A stretch of DNA of 64,000 nt from Eledone cirrhosa (Eukaryota). The DNA is taken from NCBI GenBank assembly GCA_964016885.1, contig OZ024743.1, positions 87,978,001 to 88,042,000 of the forward strand, given 5' to 3'. Below the pieces are notes generated by a model that saw nothing but the letters and a program-made list of their open reading frames with translations, was not told the origin of the DNA and searched no databases. Made by a program: the position numbers and the translations under genes. Below are positions 39,808-54,237 of the stretch, in pieces (position 1 is the stretch's first letter; every line of letters starts with the position of its first letter).

Positions 39808-40048
39808 CAGTAGTAGCAGTAGTAGTAGCAGTAGAGGTACTAGTAGTAGTAGTAGTAGTAGTAGCAGTAGTAACAGCAGTAGTAGCAGTAGTAGTAGTAG
39901 TAGTAGCAGCAGCAGTAGTAGTAGTAGTAGTAGCAGTAGTAGTAGTAGTAGTAGTAGCAGTAGTAGGAGTAGCAGTAGTAGTAGTAGCAGCAGTAGTAGC
40001 AGCAGTAGTAGTAGTAGCAGTAGTAGTAGTAGTAGTAGTAGCAGCAGC

Positions 40049-40116
<68 letters not shown>

Positions 40117-40268
40117 CAGTAGTAGTAGTAGTAGCAGCAGTAGTAGCAGCAGTAGTAGTAGTAGCAGTAGTAGTAGTAGTAGTAGTAGCAGCAGCAGTAG
40201 TAGTAGCAGCAGCAGTAGTAGCAGTAGTAGTAGCACTAGTAGTAGCAGCAGTAGTAGCAGCAGTAGCT
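39627..40268. repeat. (GTA/GCA)n trinucleotide array
   Basis: Direct inspection. Confidence 0.95.
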
Positions 40269-40459
40269 AAGCATAAATCTCAATCTTATATTTCAAAATC
40301 GTCTTCTCCACCTCCTCCCCTTCTCTTAACAATGGAAATTCTTCCCGAATTCCTCCTCGTTAAACATTTTCGGAAGACGAAGAATTCCAACCACTTCAGT
40401 TAAGATTTTCTGACAATTCCCTGTCAAGCCAAGCTGATTCCTTACTAAAATATAAGGTG

Positions 40460-40580
40460 AAAGTGCGTAGCCTAGTGGTTAGGAGTGTTGGACATATGAT
40501 CATAAGGTTTTGCGTTCGATTCCTGGATCGAACGGAGCATTTTGTTCTTGATCAAGACACTTCATTTTACATTGCTTTCT
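40460..40580 (+). mobile_element. SINE family B head
   Basis: A box TAGCCTAGTGG, B box GTTCGATTCC, ttcttgatcaagacacttc. Confidence 0.65.
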
Positions 40581-40599
40581 TGTGATAGGACAGGAACCT

Positions 40600-41030
40600 C
40601 TGTCATTAAACCACCCTTCTATGAGATACAACCTCGTATGAAGCCAGCTACACCTGCATTGGTGTGAGCTGTAAAGGATATTATAGGGCTTGAGCCCCTA
40701 TCATTTAAACACAAAAAACTCCTATTATATGCAACCTCGTATGAGGCCAAGTTAGCATGCATAGGTGTGAGCTGTAACAACAACGTGATAGAACCTATCA
40801 TTTAAACATCCAAGAAACCACCTACGAGATACAACCTTGTAGATCAGCTGCCTGTATATGTGTGAGCTGTAACAACAATGTAGGACTTGGGCCCTACTAT
40901 TAATACAACTGAGAAACCTCTAATGAGACGCAACCTCGTGGGACGCCACTTAAACCTGCATAGCTGTGAACAGTAACATGACAGAACTGGGGCCCCTGTC
41001 ATTTAAACAGTTAAGTAACCACCTATGAGA
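40600..41030. repeat. ~100-bp degenerate tandem repeat, ~4 units
   Basis: gagatacaacctcgt..tgtgagctgtaa..ccccta..tcatttaaaca recurring. Confidence 0.75.
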
Positions 41031-41032
41031 TT

Positions 41033-41285
41033 GTCACAACTTTTGGTAAATAGCTAATAAAGCAAGCTGGTCACAACTTTTGGTATATAGCAAATAAAGC
41101 AAGCTGGTCACAACTTTTGGTATATAGGTAATAAGACAGGTTGGTCACAACTTTTGGTATATAGCTAATAAGACAGGTTATTCACAACTTTTGGTATATA
41201 GCTAATAAGACAGGCTGGTCACAACTTTTGGTATATAGCTAATAAGACAGGTTGGTCACAACTTTTGGTATATAGGTCAAAAGAC
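41033..41285. repeat. 37-bp minisatellite, 7 units
   Basis: gtcacaacttttggtatatagctaataagacaggttg. Confidence 0.95.
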
Positions 41286-41423
41286 AAATTTCTTGCCATC
41301 AAATTCGGGTGGTCTTTTTTGTTTATTTTGTTGGTTTCTCCCCCCCCCCCTCCCTGAAGGTGTTACTCCAGCATGACCGCAGTACAATGATTAAATCTAG
41401 TGAATGAATAAAAGGATGAAATA

Positions 41424-41910
41424 ATGGTTTCTGATTTAGGCACAAGGCCAGCAATTTGGGGAAGGTAAAAGTCGATTAAATCGACCCCAGTGTGCTACTG
41501 GTACTTTATTTTATCGACGCTGAAAGGATGAAAGGCAAGGCTAACCTTAACAGGATGAAATAATTACCCCAGTGCATTACTGGTACTTTATTTTATTGAC
41601 CCCGTGAGAATAAAAGGCAAAATTAACTTCAGCGGGTTTTGAACTTAGGACGTAAAGGGCCATAATTCTATGCTGCAAAACCTGGTGTCAGACGCTCTAA
41701 CGATCCACCGCCAATCCACCGCCCTTTAGATGAAATAATCGTTTCTACTTTTGGCACAAGGCCAGCAATTACCCAGTACATTACTGGTACTTTATTTTAT
41801 CGACCCCGTAAGGATGAAAGGGAAAGTTAACCTCGGCGGAATTTGAACTCAGATCATAAAGGGACGTAACACTATGCTGCAAAGCATGGCGTCCGACCCT
41901 CTATCGATAT
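41424..41910 (-). mobile_element. Cluster of three SINE family A copies
   Basis: Central domain three times. Confidence 0.85.
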
Positions 41911-42191
41911 GCATGAAATAATGCCTCTACGCAACACCTTGGTTGTCTACTCTAACCTCGGCTTGACCATTAACCTTCATATTTTGACACCTCTTGTGGC
42001 AACCTGATGTGTTTGGCTACCAACCCTGGCTCAGCTGTCCGCAAGGCCGAACAGTAAATAGTTGTTGTTGTTTTTTATATTTCATTGGGTGTAGTCGGAC
42101 GAGTGGGTGAGAGGGTAGCCGAAGAGAGGACGAAATGTGTGTGGTTGAAGAGGGAGGATATACACATGTATTATGTATTATATTTATAAAT

Positions 42192-42590
42192 GGCGGTGGA
42201 TTGGCAGTATCGGTGGAGGGTCGGACGCCATGCTTTCCAGCATAGTTACGTCCCTTTACGATCTGAGTTCAAATCGCGCCGAGGTTGACTTTACCTTTCA
42301 TCCTTACGGGGTCGATAAAACAAAGTACCAGTAATGCACTGGGTAATTGCTGGCCTTGTGCCTAAAAGTAGAAACAACTATGTATTATATTTATTTTCAA
42401 GGGCGGTGAATTGGCAGTATCGGTGGAGGGTCGGACGCCATGCTTTCCAGCATAGTTACGTCCCTTTACGATCTGAGTTCAAATCCCGCCGAGGTTGACT
42501 TTGCCTTTCATCCCTACGGGGTCGATAAAATAAAGTACCAGTAATGAACTGGGTATGTGTTGGCCTTGTGCCTAAAATAGAAACAATTAT
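42192..42590 (+). mobile_element. Two near-identical tandem SINE family A copies
   Basis: 42192-42380 and 42402-42590. Confidence 0.92.
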
Positions 42591-43652
42591 ATTTATTTTC
42601 TATTATATATACGTGTACATATACTCTATTGTGAATATTGCGTTCTGCCTCCCTTACAGACAACCAAGATCACTGGATATGAACATCATGTGTGTATGTA
42701 TGTGTATGTATAAATGTATGGATGCATGTATATATGTGTATGCATGCATATATGTATACATGCATATATGTATGCATGTATATGTGTCTATATGTATGTA
42801 TGTATGCATGTGTATATATGTATGCATGTATATGTGTATATATGTATGCATGTGTGTATACATACATGTGTGTATCTATGTATGGATGTATGTATATATT
42901 TGCACGTACGCATGTACGTATGTATGTACGTTTGTATGCACGTGTGTATGTATGTATATATGTATATGTACACGGTCTGTTAAATCTCACTGTAGGGGTT
43001 ATCAAAATAAACTCCCCTCTACCACTTGTGCGTTCTTCACATTCTCAATCCCAGAAAAACCAGGCCCTTGCGTTCCAACCTTCTTTACACTCCCTTTAGC
43101 CTTATTTATAGTCACCCCTTTTCTAAACCCCCTCCCCCCTCTCTCTCTCTCTCTTTCGCTATATATATATATATATATATATACATACATACATACATAC
43201 ATGTGTGTGTGTATGTATATATATATATTCATATATATATATATGATGTGTGATGATATATATGAAAGACTTTGATCAGTCCCCCCCCCCCTCTCCTCCC
43301 CAACTAAACTTTCATCGTCTTAAAATATCACAGGCAGTGGAAGGGGGAGATGGGGTGGGCAGGAGAGCTGCTACCCTTGGAATTAGTTCTATGAAATATA
43401 GACCAGCATCACCTCCAACAACAATAACGACAGCAGCCACAACAACTACAACTACAACCATAACCACATACACAACAACAATTACAACCTCCACAGCCAC
43501 TACAACAACCACAACCATAACCACAGCCACAACATCAACAACCAGACAACGACACCAACACCACCACCACCAACAACAACAACGATAACAGCCACAACTA
43601 CAACCATAACCATATCGACAACAGCCCACTCCATGACAACAACTACAACAAC

Positions 43653-43699
<47 letters not shown>

Positions 43700-44752
43700 T
43701 AGTAGTAGTAGTAGCATTAACAACTGAGTGATGTTAGTGTGCCGTGAAGAGAGGAGAAATTCTTCACCAAACACTGCAGACCCAGTTTTATTCAAACATT
43801 TATATTCTCTTCTTCCCATATAAACATTATCCGTTTGATTTATATCCTTTGGTTGATGCTGGCGACCCCTAGTTTCTAGACTACGAAGGAGTGACTACCT
43901 TTGTCTTTTGACTTGCTAGAAATAGCAGCCAACACTCCCCATCACCAGTGTGATTTGTGTTGACATTGCCATTGGAATTTGAAATGTTTACCATTATCGT
44001 TTTACTTTAATAATAAGATTTTTGTTTGTGTATTTTATTTACGTATTCATTTCAGCATTGTGTTGTGTTATGAGTATTGCTTCTATTATTACTGGTTTCT
44101 TTTTAATTGTGGTGAATTCAATATAAGATAAATATATTATTTACAAATGTTTTTTCCATCTAGTTTTGTTTCGTATGCATTGAAATTGCTCCTTATCAAT
44201 AACAAAATATGAGCCTTACAAGCAAAATTTGACTGCACGCCAACAAAGAAAGTATCTAGGTGGTCAATTGACCTGTTAGAAATAACAACTACATTTCCCT
44301 CAATCATACTCTAGCTTCTTAAAATGAAAGACTAGTCTCTTCATTTTAAAAATATGCAATGACCAGAGCTGGTGTACTATAACGGTTTGCTCGATCAAGG
44401 CTAACCTACAAATAAACACCAACAAGAATGTTTATTGCAAACACGGAGTTTAAACTTTTCCGACTCCAACTGTTGGCGAATTGGCTGAAAGAAGTGAGTT
44501 TTCCCCTGTACCATGACCTGAGTGTAGCTGGTGATTGTTTTGATTTGCAATGTATCGTGTATAATTCCTTTCTATACCATCCGAAGATGTTAGAAATGCT
44601 CTATCACAGCTTTGGACAAGCAAGATACTCTAAGTGGAGAGACAGGACGAGGGGTTTCTGCACTTACAAGTTGATAGTTGGGATAGAAATTATACAGATA
44701 TAAATGTTCCATTCAAGTTTAAGGTTGTTAAAGTATTATTTATATTCTTGCA

Positions 44753-44935
44753 GGTGGATTGGCAGTATCGGTAGAGGGTCGGACGCCATGCTTTCCAGCA
44801 TAGTTATGTCCTTTTACGATCTGAGTTCAAATCCCGCCGAGGTTGACTTTGCCTTTCATCCTTACGGGGTCGATAAAAGTACCAGTAATACACTGGAATA
44901 ATTGCTGGGCTTGTGCCAAAAGTAGAAACAATTAT
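44753..44935 (+). mobile_element. SINE family A
   Basis: Consensus match. Confidence 0.9.
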
Positions 44936-45120
44936 TTATATTCATATCCACACTACATTTCGCGTTATAAGCCCGACCTTAATTAGGTAGAACATTAGTG
45001 TGTATATATATATATATATATACATATACATACTTATATGAATATACATACTTATATGAATATAAATATACATACTTATATGAATATAAATAATTGTATA
45101 TATATATATATACATATACA

Positions 45121-45406
45121 TACTCTCGGGTTCCAAATAATAGGGGGGTAGGGGGCGGGGACGTTTGCTTAAATTCTTATAATGGGATTAGGAAATCAAT
45201 AATTGTATAGTGTACGTTCATAAATATGGGATTTCTTGTAATGTTCTTTTTTTAATCATATAGAATGTTCTTTTATTGTAAAATCAAATTATTATTAGAA
45301 TCTCCAGCTACTGTATCGATATGAATCACTTACAATAAAATTTCGCCGGAGATAGATTAGCAAAATTTAATAAGCGGGGTGGGGGACTATTCAAGACCTG
45401 AGAGTA
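45121..45406. mobile_element. MITE family G, complete
   Basis: TA-ctctcgggttccaaata ... tattcaagacctgagag-TA. Confidence 0.8.
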
Positions 45407-45422
45407 CGTAATTATATATACT

Positions 45423-45479
<57 letters not shown>

Positions 45480-45677
45480 TTCTTTGGAGTTACTGCTATT
45501 TATAGCTAAATAGATTAAGGCGGGGTGTATGCGGGGTGGAATCAGTAACCTAGTACCAAGGAGACGACACTTCGTTCTTCCTATGACCCCTAAAACCCAG
45601 TAATCCCAGTTTTAACAATCTCTTTTGTATTAATCTATCCTAACTTCATGACTCCCACCTATTTCATCAAATTAATT

Positions 45678-46020
45678 TAACCCTTTTCTCACCATATTTC
45701 CTATGGTACTTTATTTTATCGACCCCGTAAGGATGAAAAGCAAAGTGAACCTTGGCGGGATTTGAACTCAGACCATAAAGGGACGTAACTATGCTAGAAA
45801 GCATGGCGTCCAACCCTCTACCGATACTGCCAATTCACCCCCTGGAGGGATTTAATAATACAACTAACTATCTCATCCATTTTGTTGGTGTTTGGAGTAT
45901 AACTTAACAAAGGTTCTAACATAATATTATGGTGGGAGTTTTCAGATAGATATAAATACTTTAAAACAAAGTATCACAAGAACTTGGGGCAGTTTGGGGC
46001 GGTTTGGTATTAAAAGGGTA
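45678..46020. mobile_element. piggyBac-like MITE with a SINE A insertion (45704-45840, -)
   Basis: ttaaccctt..aaaagggt ends; internal similarity to 51548-52125 and 54238-54392. Confidence 0.55.
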
Positions 46021-46169
46021 CAACATTATTTTCTGGGCTCCGCTCCTCCTCCTCCCGTTCATTCTTTACTCTTTCTCTCCCTCCTGCCCCCCTCCCTCAC
46101 CATCTGACCTGTTTTTTCTTCTCCATTAAGTTCAACTAATTTCTGTTTTACCTTATCTTACTACTTCTT

Positions 46170-47250
46170 TAGAGGAGGAGGAGGAGGGGTTGGTGGTTAT
46201 GGTGTTGGTGTGGTGGCGTTGGTGGTGGTGGTGGTGTTGCAGTGGTAGTTTGGTGGTGTGGTGGTGAGGTAGTGTGGTGGTAAGGTGGTGAGGTGGTGAG
46301 GTGGGGTGGTGGTAAGGTAGTGTGGTGGTGAGGTAGTGTGGTGGTGTGGTGGTGAGGTAGTGTGGTGGTGTGGTGGTGGTAAGGTAGTGAGGTGGTAAGG
46401 TAGTGTGGTGGTGAGGTAGTAATGGTGGTGAGGTAGTGTGGTGGTGTGATGGTGAGGTAGTGTGGTGGTGTGGTGGTGAGGTAGTGTGGTGGTGTGGTGG
46501 TGGTAAGGTAGTGAGGTGGTAAGGTAGTGAGGTGGTGAGGTAGTGTGGTGGTGTGATGGTGAGGTAGTGTGGTGGTGTGATGGTGAGGTAGTGTGGTGGT
46601 GGTAAGGTAGTGTGGTGGTAAGGTAGTGAGGTGGTAAGGTAGTGTGGTAGTGAGGTAGTAATGGTGGTGAGGTAGTGTGGTGGTGTGGTGGTGAGGTAGT
46701 GTGGTGGTGTGGTGGTGAGGTAGTGTGGTGGTGGTAAGGTAGTGTAGTGGTGTGGTCGTAGTGGTGGTGTAGTGGTGAGGTGTGGGGGGTAAGGAAGTGT
46801 GGTGGTGAGGTAGTGTGGGTGTGTAGTGGTAGTGGTGAGGTGGGGTGGTGGTAAGGTAGTGTGTTGGTAAGGTGGTGTGGGTGTGTGATGGTAGTGGTGG
46901 TGAGTTGGGGGTGGTAAGGTAGTGTGGTGGTGTGGGTGTGTAGTGGTAGTGGTGGTGCAGTGGTGAGGTTGGGGTGGTAAGGTGGTGTGGTGGTAATGGT
47001 GATGAGGTAGTGTGGTGTAGTGGTGTGGTGGTAGTTGTGGTGAGGTAGTGTGGTGGTGAGGTAAGTGGTGGTGTGGTGGTAGTGGTGGTGTGGTGGTGAG
47101 GTAGTATGGTGGTGTGGTGGTAGTGGTGGTGTGGTTGTGAAGTAGTATGGTGGGGTGGTGGTGTGGTGGTAAGGTAGTGTGGTGGTGGGGTGGGGTGGGG
47201 GTAAGGTAGTGTGGTGGTAGTGGGGGGGGGGGGGGGGGTAGTAGTGGTGG
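46170..47250. repeat. G/T-rich degenerate tandem repeat (ggtgaggtagtgtggt)
   Basis: Direct inspection. Confidence 0.9.
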
Positions 47251-47351
47251 GGTATGAACTGTTGTGATTCATTACTTCAATGTAATTGTATGACCGACTC
47301 CAAATTGTAGCTGAAGGACATGTTTATGTGGCTGAGACTTAAGGACATCCT

Positions 47352-47413
<62 letters not shown>

Positions 47414-47533
47414 ACACACACATACAGACACACACACCACACAGACACACACATACACACACACATACACACATACAGACACACACACACATACATACAC
47501 ACACACACAGACACACATACACACATACATACT

Positions 47534-47571
<38 letters not shown>

Positions 47572-47675
47572 ACAAACATACACACACCACACACCACACA
47601 CCACACACACGCCACACCACATCACACACACAAACATGTATATATATCTATAAACATACGCATACACGCACACAA

Positions 47676-47708
<33 letters not shown>

Positions 47709-48149
47709 GATATATGTTTGTGTGTGTGTATATTTATATGTATATACACACACGCACATATATATTCTTTTATTTCGTTTTTGTATATTTGTTTTGCAAG
47801 ATCGTTGATGTGATATCACGTGTTCAGATATCGTCATAGTTTAGGAGAGTCATGCCTCCAATGAAACACACACACACGCACACACAGATACACACACATG
47901 CATACACACACACACACAGACACACAGACATACACACACACACACACACACAGACATAGACACACAGACACAGACACACACACACATACATACACACACA
48001 CACATACACACACGCACATACAGACACACACACACACACACACACAGACACACATACATACATACACACATACACACACCGACACACACCGACACACACA
48101 CACACACACACACACAGACACACACACACGCACACGCGCGCGTGCGCAC

Positions 48150-48662
48150 ATGCCAGTTGAGTTTCACTCCAGTTTAGCATGCTTCACGACATAGAGTTAC
48201 GGCCCTTCGCGTTCTGAGTTCAAATCCCACCGAGGTTAGCTTTGCCTTTCATCCTTACGGGGTCGATAAAATAAAGTACCAGTAATGCACTAGGGTCGAT
48301 TTAAATTACTTTCCCCTCCCCTTCAAATTGCTGCCCTTGTTTCTAAAGTAGAAACAATTCTTAGTCAAGTACTGTCGGATCCCAAAATTTAATAAGCGGG
48401 GGCGGTTCGAATAAGAGCGGGGCTTTGGAAAAAATCTGCAAAATTGATAAACGCGGGTGGAGGGACAATTATTCGAGACCCGAGGGTACTTGTAAAGAGC
48501 CGGAATTCTTTACGTTCCGAGTTCAAATCTCGCTGAGATCAACTTTGTTTTTCATTTTTCCGGAGTCGATAAAATAAAGTACCAGTTACACACTGGGTTG
48601 ATTCAACTGACCTTCACTTACCCCCAATATTGCAGGCCTTGTTCCAAAGTAAGAAACCATTA
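48150..48662 (+). mobile_element. Headless SINE A variant, MITE G end and further SINE A fragment
   Basis: SINE body 48178-48360 and 48500-48662; ttattcgagacccgagggta at ~48470-48489. Confidence 0.7.
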
Positions 48663-48955
48663 TTAGTTAGGTGACTAATCTTTACATCGGTTGGTTTAGT
48701 AACCGATGGGTTATATTTTTCCAATTCTCTTTCATCACACATACTGTGACCTTCTCGACGAATATTTTGTGTCCCTTCTGTAATTCATCTGTGTCTCCTC
48801 TTCACTTCGATGTTATTCCAGTTAATTACTCCCTCTTGTTTTTCTGTAGAGATAAGATGGCATAACTAAAACCATATCAAAGCCTGCGTCCCTCACCATA
48901 ATCGGCACAAAAATAACTTATACTTCTGTAGAAGTAATTTCCATCTGAAATAATG

Positions 48956-49004
<49 letters not shown>

Positions 49005-49005
49005 C

Positions 49006-49036
<31 letters not shown>

Positions 49037-49081
49037 CAGAGAGTGTGTGTGTGTGTGTATGTGAGAGAGTGTGTGTGTGTG

Positions 49082-49139
<58 letters not shown>

Positions 49140-49380
49140 CATGTGTGAGTGTGTGAGAGAGTGAGTGTGTGTGTGAGAGAGAGTGTATGTGTGTGTGTGT
49201 GTAAAGGAGCGCGCGAGTGAGTGTGTGTGCGAGAGAGTGTATGTGTGTGTGTGAGAGAGAGAGAGAGTGTGTATGTGTGTGTCTGTGTTTTCCATTTTAC
49301 ATTACAAATGTTTCGGTGGGTATGGCGACTATGCAGTGTGTTGGTTCCATAGTATCAATCGGCACCTCAACCCGCACCCA

Positions 49381-49419
<39 letters not shown>

Positions 49420-49618
49420 TACACACACGCATATTAAGTCGATTTTCTCGCTCTATCAAGCGTTAAACTAATATATATGATCATTGTGCAGTATCGTTCC
49501 TCTGTTTGTTTGTTTTTTCCCTCGTTGACATATTGCATACATATATACAAATGCACTCACACAAACACACATATATAACGGAAATTCACTGTATATATAT
49601 ATATATATATACACATAC

Positions 49619-49669
<51 letters not shown>

Positions 49670-49671
<2 letters not shown>

Positions 49672-49820
49672 GTGAAATTACGTTATTCACGGGGTATAAA
49701 AAAATTCGTTGCAATGAAAAATTCTTTATAACGAGGTCGACCGTAGTACATTGAAAAAAAAATTCGCTATACTGAAAAATTCGTTATAATGATATTCGTT
49801 ATAACGGAATTTTACTTGTA
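49670..49820. mobile_element. Tigger/pogo-like MITE end
   Basis: Repeated ttcgttataa and terminal ttataacggaattt.act.gta; second end at 49575-49593. Confidence 0.5.
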
Positions 49821-49904
49821 TATAAATTTAAACGATGTACGGAAAAGTCTCTTTCATATATCTAGTTGAGAAACAACTAGTATCATGTTCATCTAATATA
49901 TATA

Positions 49905-50097
49905 ATGATTGTTTCTACTTTTGGCACAAGGCCAGCAATTATCCCAGTGCATTACTGGTACTTTATTTTATCGACCCTGTAAGGATGAAAGGCAAAGTTA
50001 ACCTCGGCGGGATTTAAACTCAGATCATAAAGGGAGGTAACTCTATGCTAGAAAGCATGGCGCCCGACCCTCTACCGACACTGCCAATCCACCGCCC
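49905..50097 (-). mobile_element. SINE family A
   Basis: Consensus match. Confidence 0.9.
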
Positions 50098-50172
50098 ATC
50101 TAGTATATATAATGATAATAATAAATATACTCACGGAGAGAATCAAGCCAAGATTGTATATATATATATATG

Positions 50173-50223
<51 letters not shown>

Positions 50224-50519
50224 TGATGGTGGTGGATTTGGGAGGAGGATAAACATAAGATGAAACTGACCCCCTCCCCACACACACAGACACAATCTAT
50301 ACAATAGAGGCACGATACTTTCGTTAAGCCAACCCACGCGACACCTCTGTTGTGAGAGGAAGTGAGGGGCAGGAGGTGGAGGTGGGGCAGTCATTTAGTC
50401 AGATAATGCGATTATTTCTAATCTCTATTGTATAATTAACTGTCTGGGATTCACGAACGACTTGTTAACCTGGAGGTCTGACGATCGAATTAAACAGCGC
50501 TTGTTAGATTAGAGGTTTT

Positions 50520-50880
50520 ATTATCAGGGGTTAGATTGGGAACTTAGAGCCTGTGGTGTGGATTGGAGTTGGTGCCGGTGGTGTAGGGGCTTAGACCCCC
50601 ACTGGTGTAGATTAGGGCGGGGGTGGAGTGCGGGGAGCTTGGAGTCACTGGTATAGATTGGAGCATGTGGGGTGGATAGCGAACTTATAGCCTGTGGTGT
50701 AGTTTGGAGTTGGTGAGGGTGGGGCGATTAAAGCCAGTGATGTAGATTGAGGTTGGTGGCGTGGGTGAAGAGTTTAGATCCACTGGTGCAGATTAGAATG
50801 GGTGGGTGTGATGGAAGCTTATACCCCAATGGTGTTCGAGGAGTGGGATGGGCGCGGTAGGGATGGAGCCTAAACTTCCT
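50520..50880. repeat. Degenerate G-rich tandem repeat
   Basis: Recurring cactggtgtagatt(a/g)g and gcctgtggtgt..ttggagttggtg. Confidence 0.55.
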
Positions 50881-51547
50881 GATATATATTATAATGTGTG
50901 GGTGGGTGGGTAAGGTGGTGGGCTTAGATCTTTAGATTTAGAGTTTTGCCAATCATCATCAACAACAACAGCAGTGTCATCACGACCATCGTCATCATCA
51001 TCATCAATGTCTTGTAAGTGTGCAGTCGAGTGGCTAAGGAATAGAGAAATCATCCTTATTATGATCCTTATTAATTATACATGGCACAAAGACTTCAGTG
51101 CGAGGGTTGGGGTCTATATATCGTGTATATAATGTATATATCGTGTGTGTATACAGTGTATATATAGTGGTGTATATATGAGTTACGGTGGTACATCTAC
51201 CAAGTTGTATTGATCTATGTATTTTCCTGGTGTAAAGAGAGGAGATTGGCATGCGGGGGGGGTGACTGCTGGTCTTCCATAAAACACCTTGCCCAGGTTT
51301 TTGCCTCGGAGAGGGACTTTCCAGGTGCAAGCTCATGGTCATTCGTGACTGGGGTCATCATCACCCAAATGGCAGCTACTCGGTGGTCAGACAAAATGGT
51401 TACATTTCGCATCATGCTCCGTCTGTCGAAAGTCTCCACAGTAGGATCGAACCCTAGCCCTCTTGATTACGAAGCGATCTTCTTAACCATTCATGCATGC
51501 TGTCATCATCTGCGTAACTACGTAACAACACATTACCTGACAACCTG

Positions 51548-52125
51548 TTAACACTTTTGTTATCACAATTCTAATGAAAGACACTGCCTATGATTTTCAA
51601 TTAATTTTGAAGATAATCAAGAATTTGGAGGGATTTTGTAATATAACGAATTTTCTCATTATCAATCTTAATTAAATGTTAAATTTATAATGTTAAATTG
51701 TAACGGCACCGTTTTCTTCCACGACTCTTGGGAATCGGTTTTGAAAAAGAGAGAGAGAGAGAGATTCCAGTCCAACCAAGATTTATAAAGGGAGAGGAAA
51801 TAGAGACCAATGTATTCCTAGATATAATCAATGCGTTTATAGAAAATAAAAATAGATAATGTCTGGTGTTTGAAACACATCAGAATTTCTTACATAAAAT
51901 TATGGATGGAAGAATTCTATATAAATATAAACACTTTAAAACAAATAGTTTTGAATCATTCATCCATGTATCAAAAGGGTTAAGCTGGTGTTTGGGACAT
52001 AATTTAACGAAATTTTCTTACATAAAATTATGATGGAAGACTTGTAGATAAATATAAACACTTTAAAATAGACATTTTATCATAGAACCAGAGCGGGTTT
52101 CAGGCAGTTTCATATCAAAAGAGTT
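51548..52125. mobile_element. piggyBac-like MITE(s)
   Basis: ttaacacttt.. and ..aaaagggttaa (51983), with duplicated 3' part. Confidence 0.5.
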
Positions 52126-52483
52126 ATTTAGAGGGTGATTCATGTGTTTGTTTGGTTGATCAAATGCTTATTATAGAGAGGACCAGACGCTGAGAAAATA
52201 AGACAGGAGGAATGTGACACGTGAGATTGCTGTCATAGTATAGTGTTAGCTTCAATCTATGGTTGTTGTGACACTTACTAAGGTGTGGGAGCACTGCAGC
52301 ACGTCATCAACCTAAGGCTACGTCTGTTTGTCTCAGTGTTCATTGTGACAGGCGCTGGAGGGTTCACATAACACATTCTCTGACACTCTGCTGTCACAAT
52401 CAATCATGTTTTTGTCTGTGAACTGAGAGAACAAAGAATGTAAGAGGACAAATGGAAATTACAATAGAACTTTATGTGCGTAC

Positions 52484-52538
<55 letters not shown>

Positions 52539-52949
52539 GGGTGAATACACACACACACACATACAGTGGCCCCCGCAACTTAAGCGGTCAATTAGTTCTC
52601 GACTCACCGCGTATGATGAAGATCCTTATATATAAGTGTCCATGTAGGTTGTTTTGGAGAAGGCCCAATTTATCTATCTATCTATATGTCCCTCTGCCTA
52701 TCTATCTATCCATCCAATACGTGGGAATATACTTATTAACTCTTTTGTACCTTTAAAGGCAGGGTTATTGGGTTCGCTTGGGTTACCTTTTTGTTAAACA
52801 CATCTCATTAATCACCTACCTATTGGCAGGCTAGATCCATGGAAATTCCACAGTTGTTGACTACGACAAAATAATTACTCCGACATATATTTGTACACTC
52901 ACACATGTTGAACTTATATCACTTGTGGATGTGAAGCAAAAAGGAATTC

Positions 52950-53148
52950 ACAAGGCTAACAATTTGAGGGCAGGGGAAAGTCGACTAAATCGAACCAGTA
53001 CGTTACTGGTACTTTATATTATCGACCCCGTAAGTATGAAAGGCAAAATTAACCCCGGTGAGATTTGCGTTCAGAACGAAAAGGGCCGTAACTCTATACC
53101 GTAAAGCATGTTGTCCAACGCTCTACCGATACTGCCAATCTACCGCCG
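52950..53148 (-). mobile_element. SINE family A (long variant)
   Basis: Consensus match. Confidence 0.85.
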
Positions 53149-53479
53149 CTCAGCATTTTAATAATAAATAACGTTACAACCATTATACTGTGGTCTCAAT
53201 GTAATTATTACACTAGAATCATTATAAACTAATTATCATTATCATTTACCATTGATGTAACACTTGTTTATTTACAATGTTTTATAGTAATAGCTTCTCC
53301 TTGCCCCAACACCGCCGCGCCCTAGGCCTAAAGCCCATCACCCACCTCACTCCTTCACCCTCTCCATTCTTCTGTGACCCTAGAGCCCTTGCCCTTCCCT
53401 TCCTTTTCCGTTTTCATAACCACAAAAGACACTTGAATTGTGCATAAAATGAACTCTTTGCTTATTGGTATAACTACTC

Positions 53480-53705
53480 TAACAAATACATCAGTTAATT
53501 TCCTAGTCCTAGAGAATGTAATATATAATTGTTCATGACTAAATACTGGTTGTGGCAAGTAAATCCCTCTCCTATTAAATGTTTCACCCTTACTTTATTA
53601 ATTGCCATTGAAAACGCTAATCTATCTGGAAACAGTTGTTTATAAAAAGTTCATTTTAGTAGACGTCTGTTAATTGTATTAAAGCGCGTGCGTTAAATAA
53701 TAGGC
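53480..53705 (-). mobile_element. Helitron PIF1-type helicase C-terminal remnant
   Basis: QLFPDRLAFSMAINKVKGETFNRRGIYLPQPVFSHEQLYITFSR, matching QFP.RLAFAMTINKSQGQT...G.YL..PVFSHGQLYVA.SR. Confidence 0.85.
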
Positions 53706-54237
53706 AAGTATTGTTTATAGAAATAAATTAATTCAATAAACAAATAGTCTTCGTCTTCCCCCGCCATACCATAGCCACAACCACTTCCGCCCCTCCACTG
53801 ACGAATATTCCTAGAGATAACGCCACCACTATAACAGCTATTGCAGTTCTTGTATGTGTATATGACAGTAAATAGCGTCCCCTCTCATCGTTACCTCTTT
53901 CCCTTCGATAAACACTTTTTTGCCTCTTCTTCTAATCTCGTCACATACTTTCAGTAAATAGCGTTCTTTCCCTTCTGCCTCTTTCCGTTACCATTTTCAC
54001 TTCGATTATAACCCTTTTCTCTCTGCTCTTTCCCCATTAAGCAACACTTACATAAGCATATTGATTGATATTATAGATTGATATTTATTAATTAGTAGTT
54101 TACCTAATTGTAGCTAAAACTAGATAAGAACGGAGATTTCTTTCTGTCAGTATATAATGTAAATATCACATGAAGATTTCGTCTCCATCTCCACTCATTA
54201 AAAGCACATATATCTCTGTCTAATGCATGACGTATTC

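Noticed and set aside
41033-41285. CRISPR-like array (37-bp period; also the 15915-16135 punctuated array)
   Set aside because: These are head-to-tail repeats or TA spacers with no unique spacers and no cas genes, in a eukaryotic context.
42192-42280. tRNA genes at A/B-box sites
   Set aside because: No cloverleaf can be closed. Each site runs into the SINE body and tail.
44945-45003. Additional degenerate hammerhead (minus strand), and another at ~48720-48760
   Set aside because: The cores carry several mismatches and stem I is out of register. 48720-48760 is probably a decayed relative of the 2172-2710 family but cannot be called.
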